A DNA stretch of 64,000 bases from Polymyxa betae A26-41 (lineage: Eukaryota; Protista; Endomyxa: Phytomyxea): positions 9,656 through 73,655 of the forward strand of contig RBZT01000989.1 in assembly GCA_003693705.1 (NCBI GenBank), given 5' to 3'. The position numbers and the translations under genes are program-made. Shown piece by piece: positions 33,521 to 45,052 of this stretch (the first letter of the stretch is position 1; the number at the start of each line of letters is the position of its first letter). The notes under the pieces are model-generated. The model made no database searches. It had not been told where the DNA came from and worked only from the letters and a program-made list of their open reading frames with translations.

Positions 33521-35563
33521 ATGACATCATCGGCTGTACAGGATCACGATTCATCACAGGTTGATTTACAATCGGATTCGTATGCGTCGAATTATCTCCA
33601 TGAACTTACCCAATGCGATCTGGAACGGATTCGATGCGAGCCGGATTTGCAGCTAGCTGAACAGGCTCGGCTTAAATCTGAGATCGAGCAGCTTGCTGTA
33701 TCAAATTACCGGTTGCTTGGCTTTGTTCACTACGTGGTGGAGTTTAACAAAGTCGTAATAGGCAATTCATAGACACTTCTGCTTGTTTGTCTCAATGCAG
33801 ATCGGAAACAAATAAGATCTCCTCGTCTCTCGACTTGCTGCAGGATTTGGCTAATGATCTTGCCCAAAAAGTCAAATCATATTCATATGAGAATTCTACT
33901 CAGGTTACCGAAGCTGTAAGTTTGATGTCCCTCTGCTTATTTCCAGCTGAAATTCGATTCCAGACTATTCAGGCAGCTTTGAACGAATGTTATCCCCTTC
34001 TGGTAAACATATTAGATATGCCTTATATAATGGAAGCATGCATTGCTGAGAAAGCATACGACGAAGCATTAGGTACCTTCTCGCATGTATTCTATTTCAG
34101 CGCAATTGTTTATGAAATGGTCTAGATATACGCGACCATGCTAAAGCAATTACTCGGCGAAATCCAAATATAAAGGTTCTTTCAATTATTGGTGCTGCTA
34201 TTGACAGGAACACGGATCTTATGCTTCAAGATTTTTTTGATATCCTAGAAAATGTTGTCGAGCTTCCAGTTTCTTTGCAAACAATTGGCCATATTAGAAG
34301 AATTGGAAGGTATATCAGTCGGTATGAACAAATACTTTAGTGTTACCTTCATGACCAGGTATTCCGAAGATGAGATTCAGACGTTATTTCTTCAAAGACG
34401 GGAAGTGTTACTCGAGTCCAAACTAACCTCGGAAACAACAAGTGACACGTCTGCGTTGTCTTCTGCAGTGAGATACCTTGATCTGATTCGTATCAATCTA
34501 TTCGAAATTGTTACCCAATTCAGAGCAATGTTTTCTAAAGATGATGGTCTACTTCAATTATGGTATCGCTCAAATGTTGTATGGAATCATGCCTTATCAT
34601 GTTCGGAAGGGTCTCTCACCGGTTGGAAAATATTCTGAACATGCTTCATGTCCACCTGCCGTTGATTAATAGCGGTTCTGCTATTGCAACGCTTTTAGAA
34701 CAGGTTTTTTTTTAATCTCTCTACTGTGGTTGCTAACATTAGCTCGAAAGGCAATGTATTGCGGGATGTCTCTAGGAACTATTGGAATTGATTTTCGAGC
34801 GATCTTGATTCCTGTCTTTCATCAAAAAATCCTCGAACTGTTTTCGCAATTGATGGGCAATCCCTTTCACCTGTTTGTGAAGTCGTTATATACTTATCCT
34901 TGGTAGTTTGTCTAAGCATTATCCGCTGTGGTTCGTGGTTAACCATCAACAGGATTGTAAACAAAGAGTCGCTTGAAAAATCTGGTATATCGATACCTGA
35001 TCAAGCTCCGATTGATCTGACGCCAGATCTTTTCTTGTTTCCTCCACTTGCTATTCTTGGTTAGCACGATTCCAGACTGTTTATTATCCAACTGATGTCT
35101 GTCCAGTAAATAGTGTATTCGAGGTATTGAATCAGATCAAAGAATGCATCTTCTTTTACGTACAATCTGATATTACAAATCAGCTTCAGGTATTCCTTTT
35201 GTTGCTTTGTGTTTCTTCTGACATAGTCTAAAAGGAGCTGTTACTAAAGTGCTCTTCACATCTATCTTGTACACCACCGGAACCTCAGCTTTCCGAGTTA
35301 TGCCATGCTTTTTGTGATATTGTGCTGCCTCTGTGCGAACAGGCATTAGCGGTCATATTGTCTGTCCAAATTGTTTTGGACAAAGAGTTGATCGTAGCGC
35401 CTTTAAAATCAGCAGGACTTTATACGGTTAGAGTTGTAAGAATATCGGATATACTAAATGTCTCATGCTTTTTCAGGTAGAAGACTCTGGAGACGTATAC
35501 GTTTCTGATCGTGAAGAACAGACACAATCGTTTTCTGAACCTCTCACTACGGAATCACCATAG
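33521..35563 (+). CDS. COG8: Conserved oligomeric Golgi complex subunit 8 (Dor1-like), multi-exon
   Basis: YLHELTQCDLERIRCEP...IEQLAVSNYR, ILDMPYIMEACI...YDEAL, RINLFEIVTQFRAMF, LLEQAMYCGMSLGTIGIDFR and FPPLAIL. Confidence 0.88.
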
Positions 35564-35776
35564 TTTAATTTGCATCGGTTCCGATAATATTAGCATTGGA
35601 CATTTTTAAACCAATTGCAAGATAACTTCTACATCAATTCTGTTTTTCTCCTGGCAAGATTCTGGCAGAAAGACCATGAGATACAGTGGGGCTAATTGAC
35701 CAACGTTGTGAATTTATTTAAACGATCACGATTTGTATTAGCGAGATTGATTTGGTAATTGGCCGAAAACATGCTA

Positions 35777-36322
35777 TGTTCTGGGGTTACAGGAGCTGCT
35801 TAGCGAACAAAATAGTACATTCGGTTTATATAAGAGGGTCCTGGCCCGGGAAATTGGACGAGATGTCAGAAATCCTGACAGAGCGTCGACCATAACATTT
35901 ATGACAAAGTACCTGACCCTTTAATTACCGGTTGCACTTATCTACATTGAATACAACTGACTAAGAAGAAAAGACCAAATACAGTATACGCAATCCAAGT
36001 CAAACAACAATTAACAGCAAACTGAGTTCATAATGCACCATCGCTCCATATCATAAGGACTCCTTGTTATGTTACCTTACATGGTTCCTTCTATCTCCAA
36101 AATCATGAATCGGGGCTGGGGGGAACAAATTCCCGCAACTAGGCAACTACGGTATTGTGTGGTTTTTCACCCAATCGATAGATAAAATTCTTTCTCATCT
36201 TTTATTATCATATTCTTCTACGTTCCACCCAGGTTGAGGAAAGTGTCGTTGCCAGGACGTTCTCCACCAATCGTTCAGATCACGTTCTCTACCAGTCATT
36301 GATGGCGCACCCATCCCATACA
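35777..36322 (-). repeat. Putative 3' LTR of the Gypsy element (distal boundary uncertain)
   Basis: Begins TGTA right after the PPT, and a candidate end is ...CCCCAGAACA at 35777. TATATAA lies at ~35826-35832 (minus). An AATAAA at ~35713-35718 suggests the LTR may extend further. Confidence 0.55.
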
Positions 36323-36454
36323 CTACCTCCCCCAAAACAAACTTAGAATGAGGAAGTGAGAAATTTGTGTCAGCACGTGATAGAAGCACCAGTAAAACCG
36401 CCCCTTGTAAAACCCTATGGGATGAAACCAAGGTTTGGAAAAAAGGTCAACTTA

Positions 36455-38833
36455 CTAAACAGTTCGCATAGCTGATTTTGGCAATGATGCACGAATAATC
36501 GGCATAAATGGATGGTTTGGAGAATTGGATATGAAATTATCAATTGCACCAGGATAGTTACGAAGGATGTCGGATCCGGGGCACCAAGGATTCTCCATGT
36601 CTGTGAAGCCTTTCCATTTTACTAAGTACTCAATGTTAGTACTATTGGAATTCAATCTAGCATCACAAATTCGTTCAAGTTGTCGTGTTTTTGTATCATA
36701 AGCAATCTGATTTAAGATTTCTTCTGTCACATTCAATTTACTGTCACAATAAAATTGAATGCGGTCACCATGGACTTCTTGTGTCTCTTTTGTGAGAATA
36801 TTCTCAACTGTAAAAACATATGATTTATGGGTATCGATAACTCTGTATGGACCATGCCAAAGAAAGTCAAGTTTACTAGTATTAGTTTTCTTTTCTGGTA
36901 TAGCTACCAAGACATAATCACCAATACCAAAATTTGGGAGTGTGCTATGTTTCGATTTACAGTCCCGGTGTGACTGTCTCTCATTTTCGGTCATAGCTTG
37001 CACTTCCTTGTGCATATGTTGGAGACTCAACTGCAAACTTTCTACTGTGTCAGAGATTATTCGAGTAACAATCTCAACAGAACTTATGGCTAAAGTCTGT
37101 GGATTATAGAAAATACTGTCAAGTGGGTTGTCAGCCGGAAGCCCGGTCATGATTGTGATTGGAGCACGGCCCCCCAGTCGTCGCTGTGGACGATGGTTCA
37201 ATGTGTGTTCCACCAACTTTAGGAACCAAGGCCAGTCGGCTTTATCACTTCTTAGCTCGGATATTAAGCATTTCAATAAATTTATAATTTGACGATTGAC
37301 AATCTCGATTGTACCATTTGAGTAGTGAGCATAAGCTGTAACGAGATGTTGCTCAGCTCCTAATTTTTGACTCAAACGTTTCATTGTCCCAGAGACGAAG
37401 TATGATGCCTGGTCAGAAACTAATATCTTAGGGCGTCCGAAAAGGGCTCGCCATTCTAGTAAAGCATCTACAGTGACAGAAGTCGTTGGTACAATCACCG
37501 GTTTAAGTAGAACCAGTCCCGAGAAGTCATCTCGGATAACAAAGATCCATTGGAAATTTAATCTATTCTTTAATCTTGGGCCTAAATATAGGTAATCTAA
37601 ATGTAAAACCTCGTTAGGTTTCAAACCATGACATGCTGCTCCCAAAGGGCGAGGAATACGAAAGCCTCTTCTCGTTGGAAGACAGTGAAGGCATGAGGAA
37701 CAGACTTCATTAATATCTTGTTCCATTCCGACCCAATACACCCAACTTTTTAATAAAGATAATGCATTTTTATAAGCTAAATGACCACAATGACAACCTG
37801 CATGTGCTATAACACAGAGGCGTCGAGTAAGGTCAGTACTTTGGCAAGGAATGACTACTCGTTGATGTGATTCAACCATGAGTCCATCTGAATTCCTAGC
37901 GAATTTGCTATCTGGAAAATGGAGACGTTGCTCACGACTAATTTCAGATGTGTCTGGCCAGACTAAATTTTTACAAGGCTGAACCCGAATAGCCGAATCT
38001 ATTAGTTGGGTCGGATCAGTTGAAGAAGAATCGGATGACTGTAATAGGGCTCTAACGTTAACATTGGGGCTGTCGCTAGTCATCCCGGCACCCCATCTAG
38101 ATAATGAATCAGCCCAGTGATTTTCTTCACCAGGGATGTGATGAATTATATAATTAAAATCACGAAGTTCTATACCCCAACGAATTAATCGTTCGGCTGA
38201 TTGTTTTGTACATTTCACAGGGTTATACATAGCGATAAGGTTCCTGTGATCTGTATAAAGATGAAACGGATTTGGCATATGTAAAAGATAAGTCAATTTT
38301 TCTAAAGTATCTTTAATTGCATATGCTTCTTTATCAATAACAGCCCAGTTCAGCTCAGAACCATTAAACCGATGACCGACAAAGCCAAGCGGTTGATGTC
38401 TTTGCATTGATACTGATTTATTGATATCTTCTGGAGGAATCTGAGTGACGACACCTGAGCTTGCATAATAGCTCGCGTCACAAAATACACACTGAATCAT
38501 TTCCTCCTTGGGATAGGCTAGTTCTACAGCATGAGAAATTGCCTTTTTTATATTATTAAATGCAGAAGTATGCACATCATTCCAGCCAAATCGCTGCAAG
38601 CTAATACGACTTACTGCTCTTTTAGTTCGACGTGGTTGTAACTTCATAGCGTCTTGCAGAATATCTTGAAGACAAACTACTATTTTATTATAATCAGGGA
38701 TAGAACGACTCATCCACTGAGATGCCATTAAAATCTGCTGTAGTTCGTTGGCACGTGATGGGGTAGGCATGTTAGTTAAAGCTTCAATTCGAGCTGAATC
38801 GTGACGTACCCCGGTAGGACTAATTATTAACCC
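36455..38833 (-). CDS. pol: Gypsy pol fragment (RT thumb/connection, RNase H, HHCC zinc finger, DDE integrase, GPY/F motif, chromodomain)
   Basis: CVFCDAS, DKEAYAI, LYTDHRNL, HIPGEENHWADSLSR, H..GH...CLHC, LHLDYL / SDQASYF / NGTIE, WHGPYRV and YLVKWKGF. No internal stops over ~790 codons. Confidence 0.93.
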   Translation of the reverse strand, partial: GLIISPTGVRHDSARIEALTNMPTPSRANELQQILMASQWMSRSIPDYNKIVVCLQDILQDAMKLQPRRTKRAVSRISLQRFGWNDVHTSAFNNIKKAISHAVELAYPKEEMIQCVFCDASYYASSGVVTQIPPEDINKSVSMQRHQPLGFVGHRFNGSELNWAVIDKEAYAIKDTLEKLTYLLHMPNPFHLYTDHRNLIAMYNPVKCTKQSAERLIRWGIELRDFNYIIHHIPGEENHWADSLSRWGAGMTSDSPNVNVRALLQSSDSSSTDPTQLIDSAIRVQPCKNLVWPDTSEISREQRLHFPDSKFARNSDGLMVESHQRVVIPCQSTDLTRRLCVIAHAGCHCGHLAYKNALSLLKSWVYWVGMEQDINEVCSSCLHCLPTRRGFRIPRPLGAACHGLKPNEVLHLDYLYLGPRLKNRLNFQWIFVIRDDFSGLVLLKPVIVPTTSVTVDALLEWRALFGRPKILVSDQASYFVSGTMKRLSQKLGAEQHLVTAYAHYSNGTIEIVNRQIINLLKCLISELRSDKADWPWFLKLVEHTLNHRPQRRLGGRAPITIMTGLPADNPLDSIFYNPQTLAISSVEIVTRIISDTVESLQLSLQHMHKEVQAMTENERQSHRDCKSKHSTLPNFGIGDYVLVAIPEKKTNTSKLDFLWHGPYRVIDTHKSYVFTVENILTKETQEVHGDRIQFYCDSKLNVTEEILNQIAYDTKTRQLERICDARLNSNSTNIEYLVKWKGFTDMENPWCPGSDILRNYPGAIDNFISNSPNHPFMPIIRASLPKSAMRTV

Positions 38834-38898
38834 AATTCTATACGTACTACAGTCCTGAGGTAAAGGCGTTAAAAGCGTGGAACGAATCAAAAGTTTGT

Positions 38899-41172
38899 AT
38901 GAGAGATGATGATGCAGTTTTGAGAAATATTCCGTACGCAGTTTCTGATGATGGATGGCGTGAGATTTGTTCGACCTCTCTTGCAATTATATCGTCGCTG
39001 GCCCTATTCCATCGATATTAGCAACGCATCCGCTAATGCAAAATCAAACACTAACAGCCGATATCCAAGAACCACTACCTAAATTGCCCGACCTCTCTAT
39101 CGCTCAGCTCCTATCAATACGACACGATGAGGCTTTTTCTAACGCTAGAAGACGTAAGAAAGGTACTTGCATCGCTTTGGTGGGTCTTGCGAATTATTTA
39201 TTTACGATTTATCTCAGGGCCTAAATCAGCGGTGTCAGCTTTCGCCTATTTCAACGCAGCTAAATTAGAAGGCATTGTGAACGAATGCGGCGAAGACATG
39301 GACCCCCAAAGCATTGTTGCGGTATACTGTTTAATACTTTCGTGCGAATTCTGCCCAATCATATTGCCCAGATTGTGGCTGATCGTTGGGAGAACTTATC
39401 AGATCATGAACGTGCTATATATGATGATCTTGCTGCTAAAGATCAGTTACGTTACGAAACGCAATGTCGACCTTCCACTGCCAAAGCGTTAGAATTGGCT
39501 GCAAAAAAGGCGAAGAAAAGGTCTAGACGATCTCAACGTTTAAATGTGTTACTTAATCTGGTATCTGGTACCTAGGAAGCATCCTGGTGCACCCAAGCAT
39601 CCTAAGAGTGCCTATCTATTTTTTGTGGGTGAAAATCGCGATACTATCAAATGTTAGTACAATATTTTTTTGTCACATCAAGACACCCAATGCTTTTTGC
39701 TAGGCGAAGCCACGCCTGAAGAGCGTAATTCGTTCACAGCTATCGCCAAAATTCTCGGTGAGAAATGGAAAAATTTGCCTGAGGATCAAAAAAACATGTA
39801 TCAGAAAATGGCCGATGACGACAAAGTTGGCGCCTTTATCTCAATTTTATTTTTAAAGACTTAACTGTTAAATAGGAACGCTACAGGCAAGAGAAAATAG
39901 CCTTTATGCAACGACGTGCTACAATGGGTCCAGAAGATGAAGATGATCAAGCTCAATCAGTTGGAAGTGATCATAACGTAAACCCACAATTTGTACTAAA
40001 ACGAATCTTAAAATCTGAACATTGTACTTAGGGAGAAGAAGAAGATCCCAATGGTGAGAATGCAACAGCCGGTAAACGGAAAAGAAAGCACCCATTAGCA
40101 CCGAAACATCCTTTGAGCGCCTATCTGTTTTTTGTTGCCACACACCGAGCTGCATTAACTGCAAAATATACTGATAAGACGTTCACTGAAGTCGCCAAAA
40201 TAATCGGTGGCATTCGATGCTGTTGGTATTATATGCTGTAGTAATAATGTCTTAGGCGACATTTGGCAGCAAATGACATCTCCTGAAAGAAAGAAGTACG
40301 AGATACTGGCATCTGCAGACAAGAAACGATATGAATTCGAAATGCGAGTCTGGTCCAAGAGTGCCCATAATCCTCAGAATGAGACTGAACATCAATCACA
40401 AACTGGATCGGCAGGGATGAATCCATCCACGGTTACTATTTTATCGGAATCGCCAATATTCTGTTTTAATCAAATCTGTTCCAGGAGAATGGAGGCACTA
40501 TTCTTGGTAAACGTCAACGTGATCGTGAAGCTGCTGATACCATCACGTCATTGGCTGTTCATGGCGGCAGTTCCACAGATAAATCCAAGAATAACAACAC
40601 TAATAACAGTGAGTTTACTGCACTGTGCTGGTGTCTCTTGTTTAACCTGGGTTTGTATAGATGCTGGTGCTCCAGTTCAGCAACCTCCGACAATGCCTCT
40701 GGCACCAGCTGCATCGGAATCGTCACCATACGATAGTCCAGCATATCGTGCATTCGTCAAATCTGAATCTGAGTACATTCTCTCTGTCGATCCAGATATC
40801 GATCCAGCAGAATTAGATGCCGCTCTTCGTCTGACATGGATGGAAATGTCGGCGCATGAAAAGCTGGCATTTGTTCTGGATGATGAGCAGAGCCCAGATG
40901 AGGCATCTGCTGGCTCAGAAAGTCGGTTGTCACTGCCTGAAGATGTGAAACAATGGACCTGCCAGCATGTCGCTACGTATGTTGCAGATCATCTTGGTTT
41001 CAAGCGGTACTATCAGGCATTTCTTCACAGTGGTTTGGACGGCAATGCATTACCTACAATCACAACCAATATCCTCAAGAAAGAGCTTGATATCATCGTT
41101 CTAAGTGATAGAAAGGCTATCAAAACCGCATTCGATGCGCTATTTAACCTACATGAATGCATCCGATCCTAA
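38899..41172 (+). CDS. Multi-HMG-box protein (3 canonical + 1 degenerate box) with a C-terminal SAM domain, multi-exon
   Basis: HMG motifs PKSAVSAFAYF..WENLSDHERAIY, PKHPKSAYLFF..GEKWKNL, PKHPLSAYLFF..GDIWQQM and PAYRAFVK..TWMEMS, followed by SAM-like VKQWTCQHVATYV..LGFKRYYQAF..LDGNAL..LKKELDI. Exon 1 (ATG 38899) joins in frame through intron 38960-39021. Confidence 0.85.
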
Positions 41173-41330
41173 TGTATTAATATCCCTATCACATATCTAT
41201 ACATGAACTTTACATTTATTAAGTCTTCAGTTGTTTTCGGTTAATCTGCTAATTCCTATTTATCTGTGTGATTATGAATGTGATTACGATGAGAGTAAAG
41301 TCCGTGTCAAATATCCCAACATCATCGATC

Positions 41331-43580
41331 ATGTTAGTATCATCATCATATCAAGGGACGTCATCAGATTCAGACAATGACGAGGCGTTGCCAAAGACGG
41401 CTAAATTACCCAAAATAACAGAGAGTCTGGCTATCTCTGTATCGCATCCTGTTCCTGCTCATATAGATAGCGGACCCGTTGGATTAGTTCCTGCATCTGG
41501 TCTCATTGAATATAATGTTCCTGTTGATGCTATGTATGCACCAACCGTATGTGAATCATTGCTGAAGCATCGCTCATCTTTTTATTCTGTTTTAAGTATG
41601 GACCTGAACATCCAATGACCGGTTCTGCTGAACCTCGCTCACTTGTCTGCAACGCGGTTACAGGATTCGTCGAAGAGGTTCGTTAAACACTCAATCAGGT
41701 TGCATCGATGATGATTGTTTAGGCTCATATCAGCAACGTTCAATTTGATGATCAATACCATGCTACTTTGGGTCCAAAAGTACATTTCTATATGGGATGC
41801 AGTGCCACATTGTTAAATATTATTATAGCGGGGCCACAAGCGTAAAAAACGACAAAACAAAACAGGAACACGATCCCCATGGGATGCTGTTGATGATGAA
41901 TTGCTGGTCCCTGATACACAAATTGAACATGAAGTATCCAATTGCTTGTTCGTACTTTCAGGTTGATTTATCATGATGTTAGGATATCGAAGAACCTGAA
42001 GAATACACTCCGCCTACTAAAGCTGAACTTGAAGCGGCTAGAGTTGAACGGGAAAAGAAGAAACATGAGGAAATGGACAAAGCCGGTACAATGTTTCATT
42101 ATTTCCAAGGTCCTTGGTTGACTCTCAATAGAAACCTCCATTTTGCATGGTAATCAAGGAATATATGATTATCAAGGTCGAACATATATGTGGAGGCCAT
42201 CGGGTGTCAAACCAAAGCCTGATCCGGTAACTATTTAACAATTCTGAATGATCTGGTTGAAGTCATTGATTTGTAGGTGTGCTATGTTCCCGAGAAAAAA
42301 GTCCATACTTACAGCGGTCATTCCAAAGGTGTCAATTGTATTCGGTTCCTTCCATATTCTGGTCATTTGCTGTTATCTGCGAGTATGGATAACAAGGTTG
42401 TCGCTGTTTAGATATTTACAATCGCGGCCATAACATTTCTCAGGTTAAACTGTGGGATGTTTACAATCAAAGACGTCCTTTGCGAACATTCTTGGGTCAT
42501 TCCAAGCCTGTTCGTAAAGTGTGTTTCAATAATGCTGGTACGGGAGTCCATCAACCTATTTTAGTGGAAATGCTGATTTCTTCCAGGAGATCGGTTCTTG
42601 TCTTCTAGCTATGACAATTTTGTCAAACTGTGGGATACAGAAACTGGCCAGTGTATATCAAGGTTGATCCTTTTGTTTCGCTTTTTTGATTCTGGTTAAC
42701 TTCTTCCAGGTTTACAACTGGGAAGACTCCGTTTTGTGCTGAATTCCATCCATGGAAGGATAAACAAAGCGAGTTTCTTGTTGGGCAATCAGATAAGAAG
42801 ATTATCCAATGGGATGCTCGCCATAGTCAAACTATTCCCACCCAAACCTACGATGAGCATCTTGGTCCTGTTAATGCCATCTTGTTTGTGGATGAAGGAA
42901 GACGGTCCCTAATTATTTTCTTTTGTCGGTCGTTGTGCTCATCGATTCATTTCAGGTTTGTGTCCACGTCGGATGATAAGAAGATGTTGATTTGGGAGTA
43001 TGGGATTCCAGTTGTTATTAAACATATTGCTGAACCTGGTATTGATTCAATTCTATGTTATCTTTAGAAATTCTTATTCTATAACAGATATGCATTCAAT
43101 GCCAGTCTTAACAATGCATCCTTCCAATAACTTCTTTGTTGCCCAGTCGTTAGACAATCAGATCTTGGTTTTCTCTGTGAAAGATCGGTACCATTGTAGC
43201 CATCTGTAAAAGCTCCTGTGATATGACTAATACTGTAGGTTCAAGCTGAACCGAAGAAAGCGATTTGCTGGACATGAAGTTGCAGGTTATTCTGCCGGAA
43301 TGGCTTTCTCTCCCGATGGAAGGTAATTTGTTTATATGTTGCTGCTTGCACATTTGAAAACTGTGGTTGAATTTTATCTAGGTTTTTGGCTTCTGGCGAT
43401 GCATCTGGCAGGACCTTTTTCTGGGATTTCCAGACATCTCGCGTACTGTCAAAGATACAGACCCATACAGCCAACCAAATTGTTATGGATGTACAGTGGC
43501 ATCCAGTTGAATCATCACGAGTAGCTACTGCATCCTGGGATGGGACAATCTGCATGTGGGATGGGCCTAAAAATAAATAA
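41331..43580 (+). CDS. CDC40: Pre-mRNA processing factor 17 (WD40), multi-exon
   Basis: [68 protein letters not shown] and [16 protein letters not shown]. Confidence 0.95.
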
Positions 43581-43684
43581 TCAACTTTTCACTAATACAT
43601 TAGCTGTAGCACCGAAGACGTTATGGAAACCAAAGTACAACCAGTCCATTCTGTAGACTCTTATAAATCAAAATTCACAATATA

Positions 43685-44522
43685 TTATTTAGCATTCGTA
43701 CTATCCTGATTTGAACTCCCGTTGGAACGGACGAACCAGGACAATACAGCCCTAATCTTCGCCCTCATATTGGTTATATTATCGGTGTCCTGCTGGCCAT
43801 CAGAATTCCTCACAGAGCCATTCTTCATGCTATCTTTCGCTTGGACTTTCAAGAAAGACTTTGACGGGGACCTTTTTGCAGACTCAGATGGGGATGCCGA
43901 ACCAGAAACTTCAGATTTAGGCGAGTCTGATTTATTGCCACGTTTTCGCTGCGACGACACTTTAGCAGGCAGTGGCGAACCAGGGGCGGAATCGTTTCTA
44001 TACGAAAAGCTTTAGCGACAAAGCCATCTTAGGTTTAATTAAGTCCATAGAAATAAGATACCTATCGGAGCTTGATGAACTACTATCAGAATTGATATCA
44101 GAAGTAGTAGCAGCCTGTTCGCTACGATTATGTTCATCACATCCGTGATCGTTCGATTTCGACGAATCAACTTCCTCTTTTTGTTGCGATTTGCATTGTT
44201 GCTTTTCGTTGGATTTTGATTTGCTAGGATAGAATCAGAATCAATTGTAGCAATGATAATGGTTCGAAACCTTGCCGGCCGCGGATCATGTTTCGTTCGA
44301 CGTTTCTTTTGAGATTTCAAGAATTCTCCAATGAGCTCACTATTAATATGAGATTCTGTAATTCTAGTGAATATATGTGGTAGAAGGTATTTCGAGTAAC
44401 ATACCGGGCTCCCATGTGTTATCTTTGCTTGTATATCCCTTCCATTTGATATAAAACTTTCGCTTTGGAGGACGTCCCCGACACCGAACTATATAATCGA
44501 CCTCAAAGAAGTCTCCTTGCAT
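43685..44522 (-). CDS. Small chromodomain protein with a basic/Ser-rich tail (HP1/Polycomb-like chromo, no chromoshadow seen)
   Basis: MQGDFFEVDYIV...FYIKWKGYTSKDNTWEPESHI after splicing. The F/W/Y aromatic cage is intact. Confidence 0.8.
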
Positions 44523-45052
44523 GGATGCGATGACGCCAACCCAACAAGATAATGCAAGTGTTAAAAAGCAATTAGGCAACGGAATTTTAGCGCGATCTTT
44601 GTGTATGTGTGAGTGTGTTTGGTACAAAAGATCTGTAGATACTTTTTTCTGTATCTTAAAGGTTAGATCGATAATCAACAAAATATCTTTCTGCAATAAA
44701 TCTCAGTTCCGAAATCAGTCGCACGTTTTGGCAGGCCTGAAAAGCAGTTCGCGGAAATAATTAGAAAATTCAGAGAAGAATCTGGATATTTGATGGTTGA
44801 CCTGTTCCCGAGACAAAATCACCAACCTTCTTTACGGAAAAGATATTTATTGAGCTTAGTCGATGGATAAATGGAGTTGTGATTGTGATGACATTTAGAT
44901 AGGCTTATAAATAATCGAAGATTGAGAGCAGCTGCTTAGTTGTATTCAGTTACTGAATCCACATAGAGACAGACCTGTCCGGTTGTTACTTTCAGGCTGT
45001 CTGTAGTAAATAGTAACCGCTAATCATTACCATACTCGTCCTCGTATGAGGC

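Larger units (their letters stand above)
35777..38834 (-). mobile_element. 5'-truncated Ty3/Gypsy (chromovirus) LTR retrotransposon: 3' part of pol, PPT and 3' LTR
   Basis: The pol ORF runs RT thumb, RNase H, integrase, chromodomain. A polypurine tract GGGGGAGGTAG is followed by TGTATGGG at 36322 (minus strand). gag, protease, the RT core and the 5' LTR are absent. Confidence 0.92.

Noticed and set aside
38834-38986. First ~50 aa of the 843-aa minus-strand ORF
   Set aside because: It has a TTG start and no retroelement similarity, and it is antisense to HMG-gene exon 1 and its intron. It is not part of pol.
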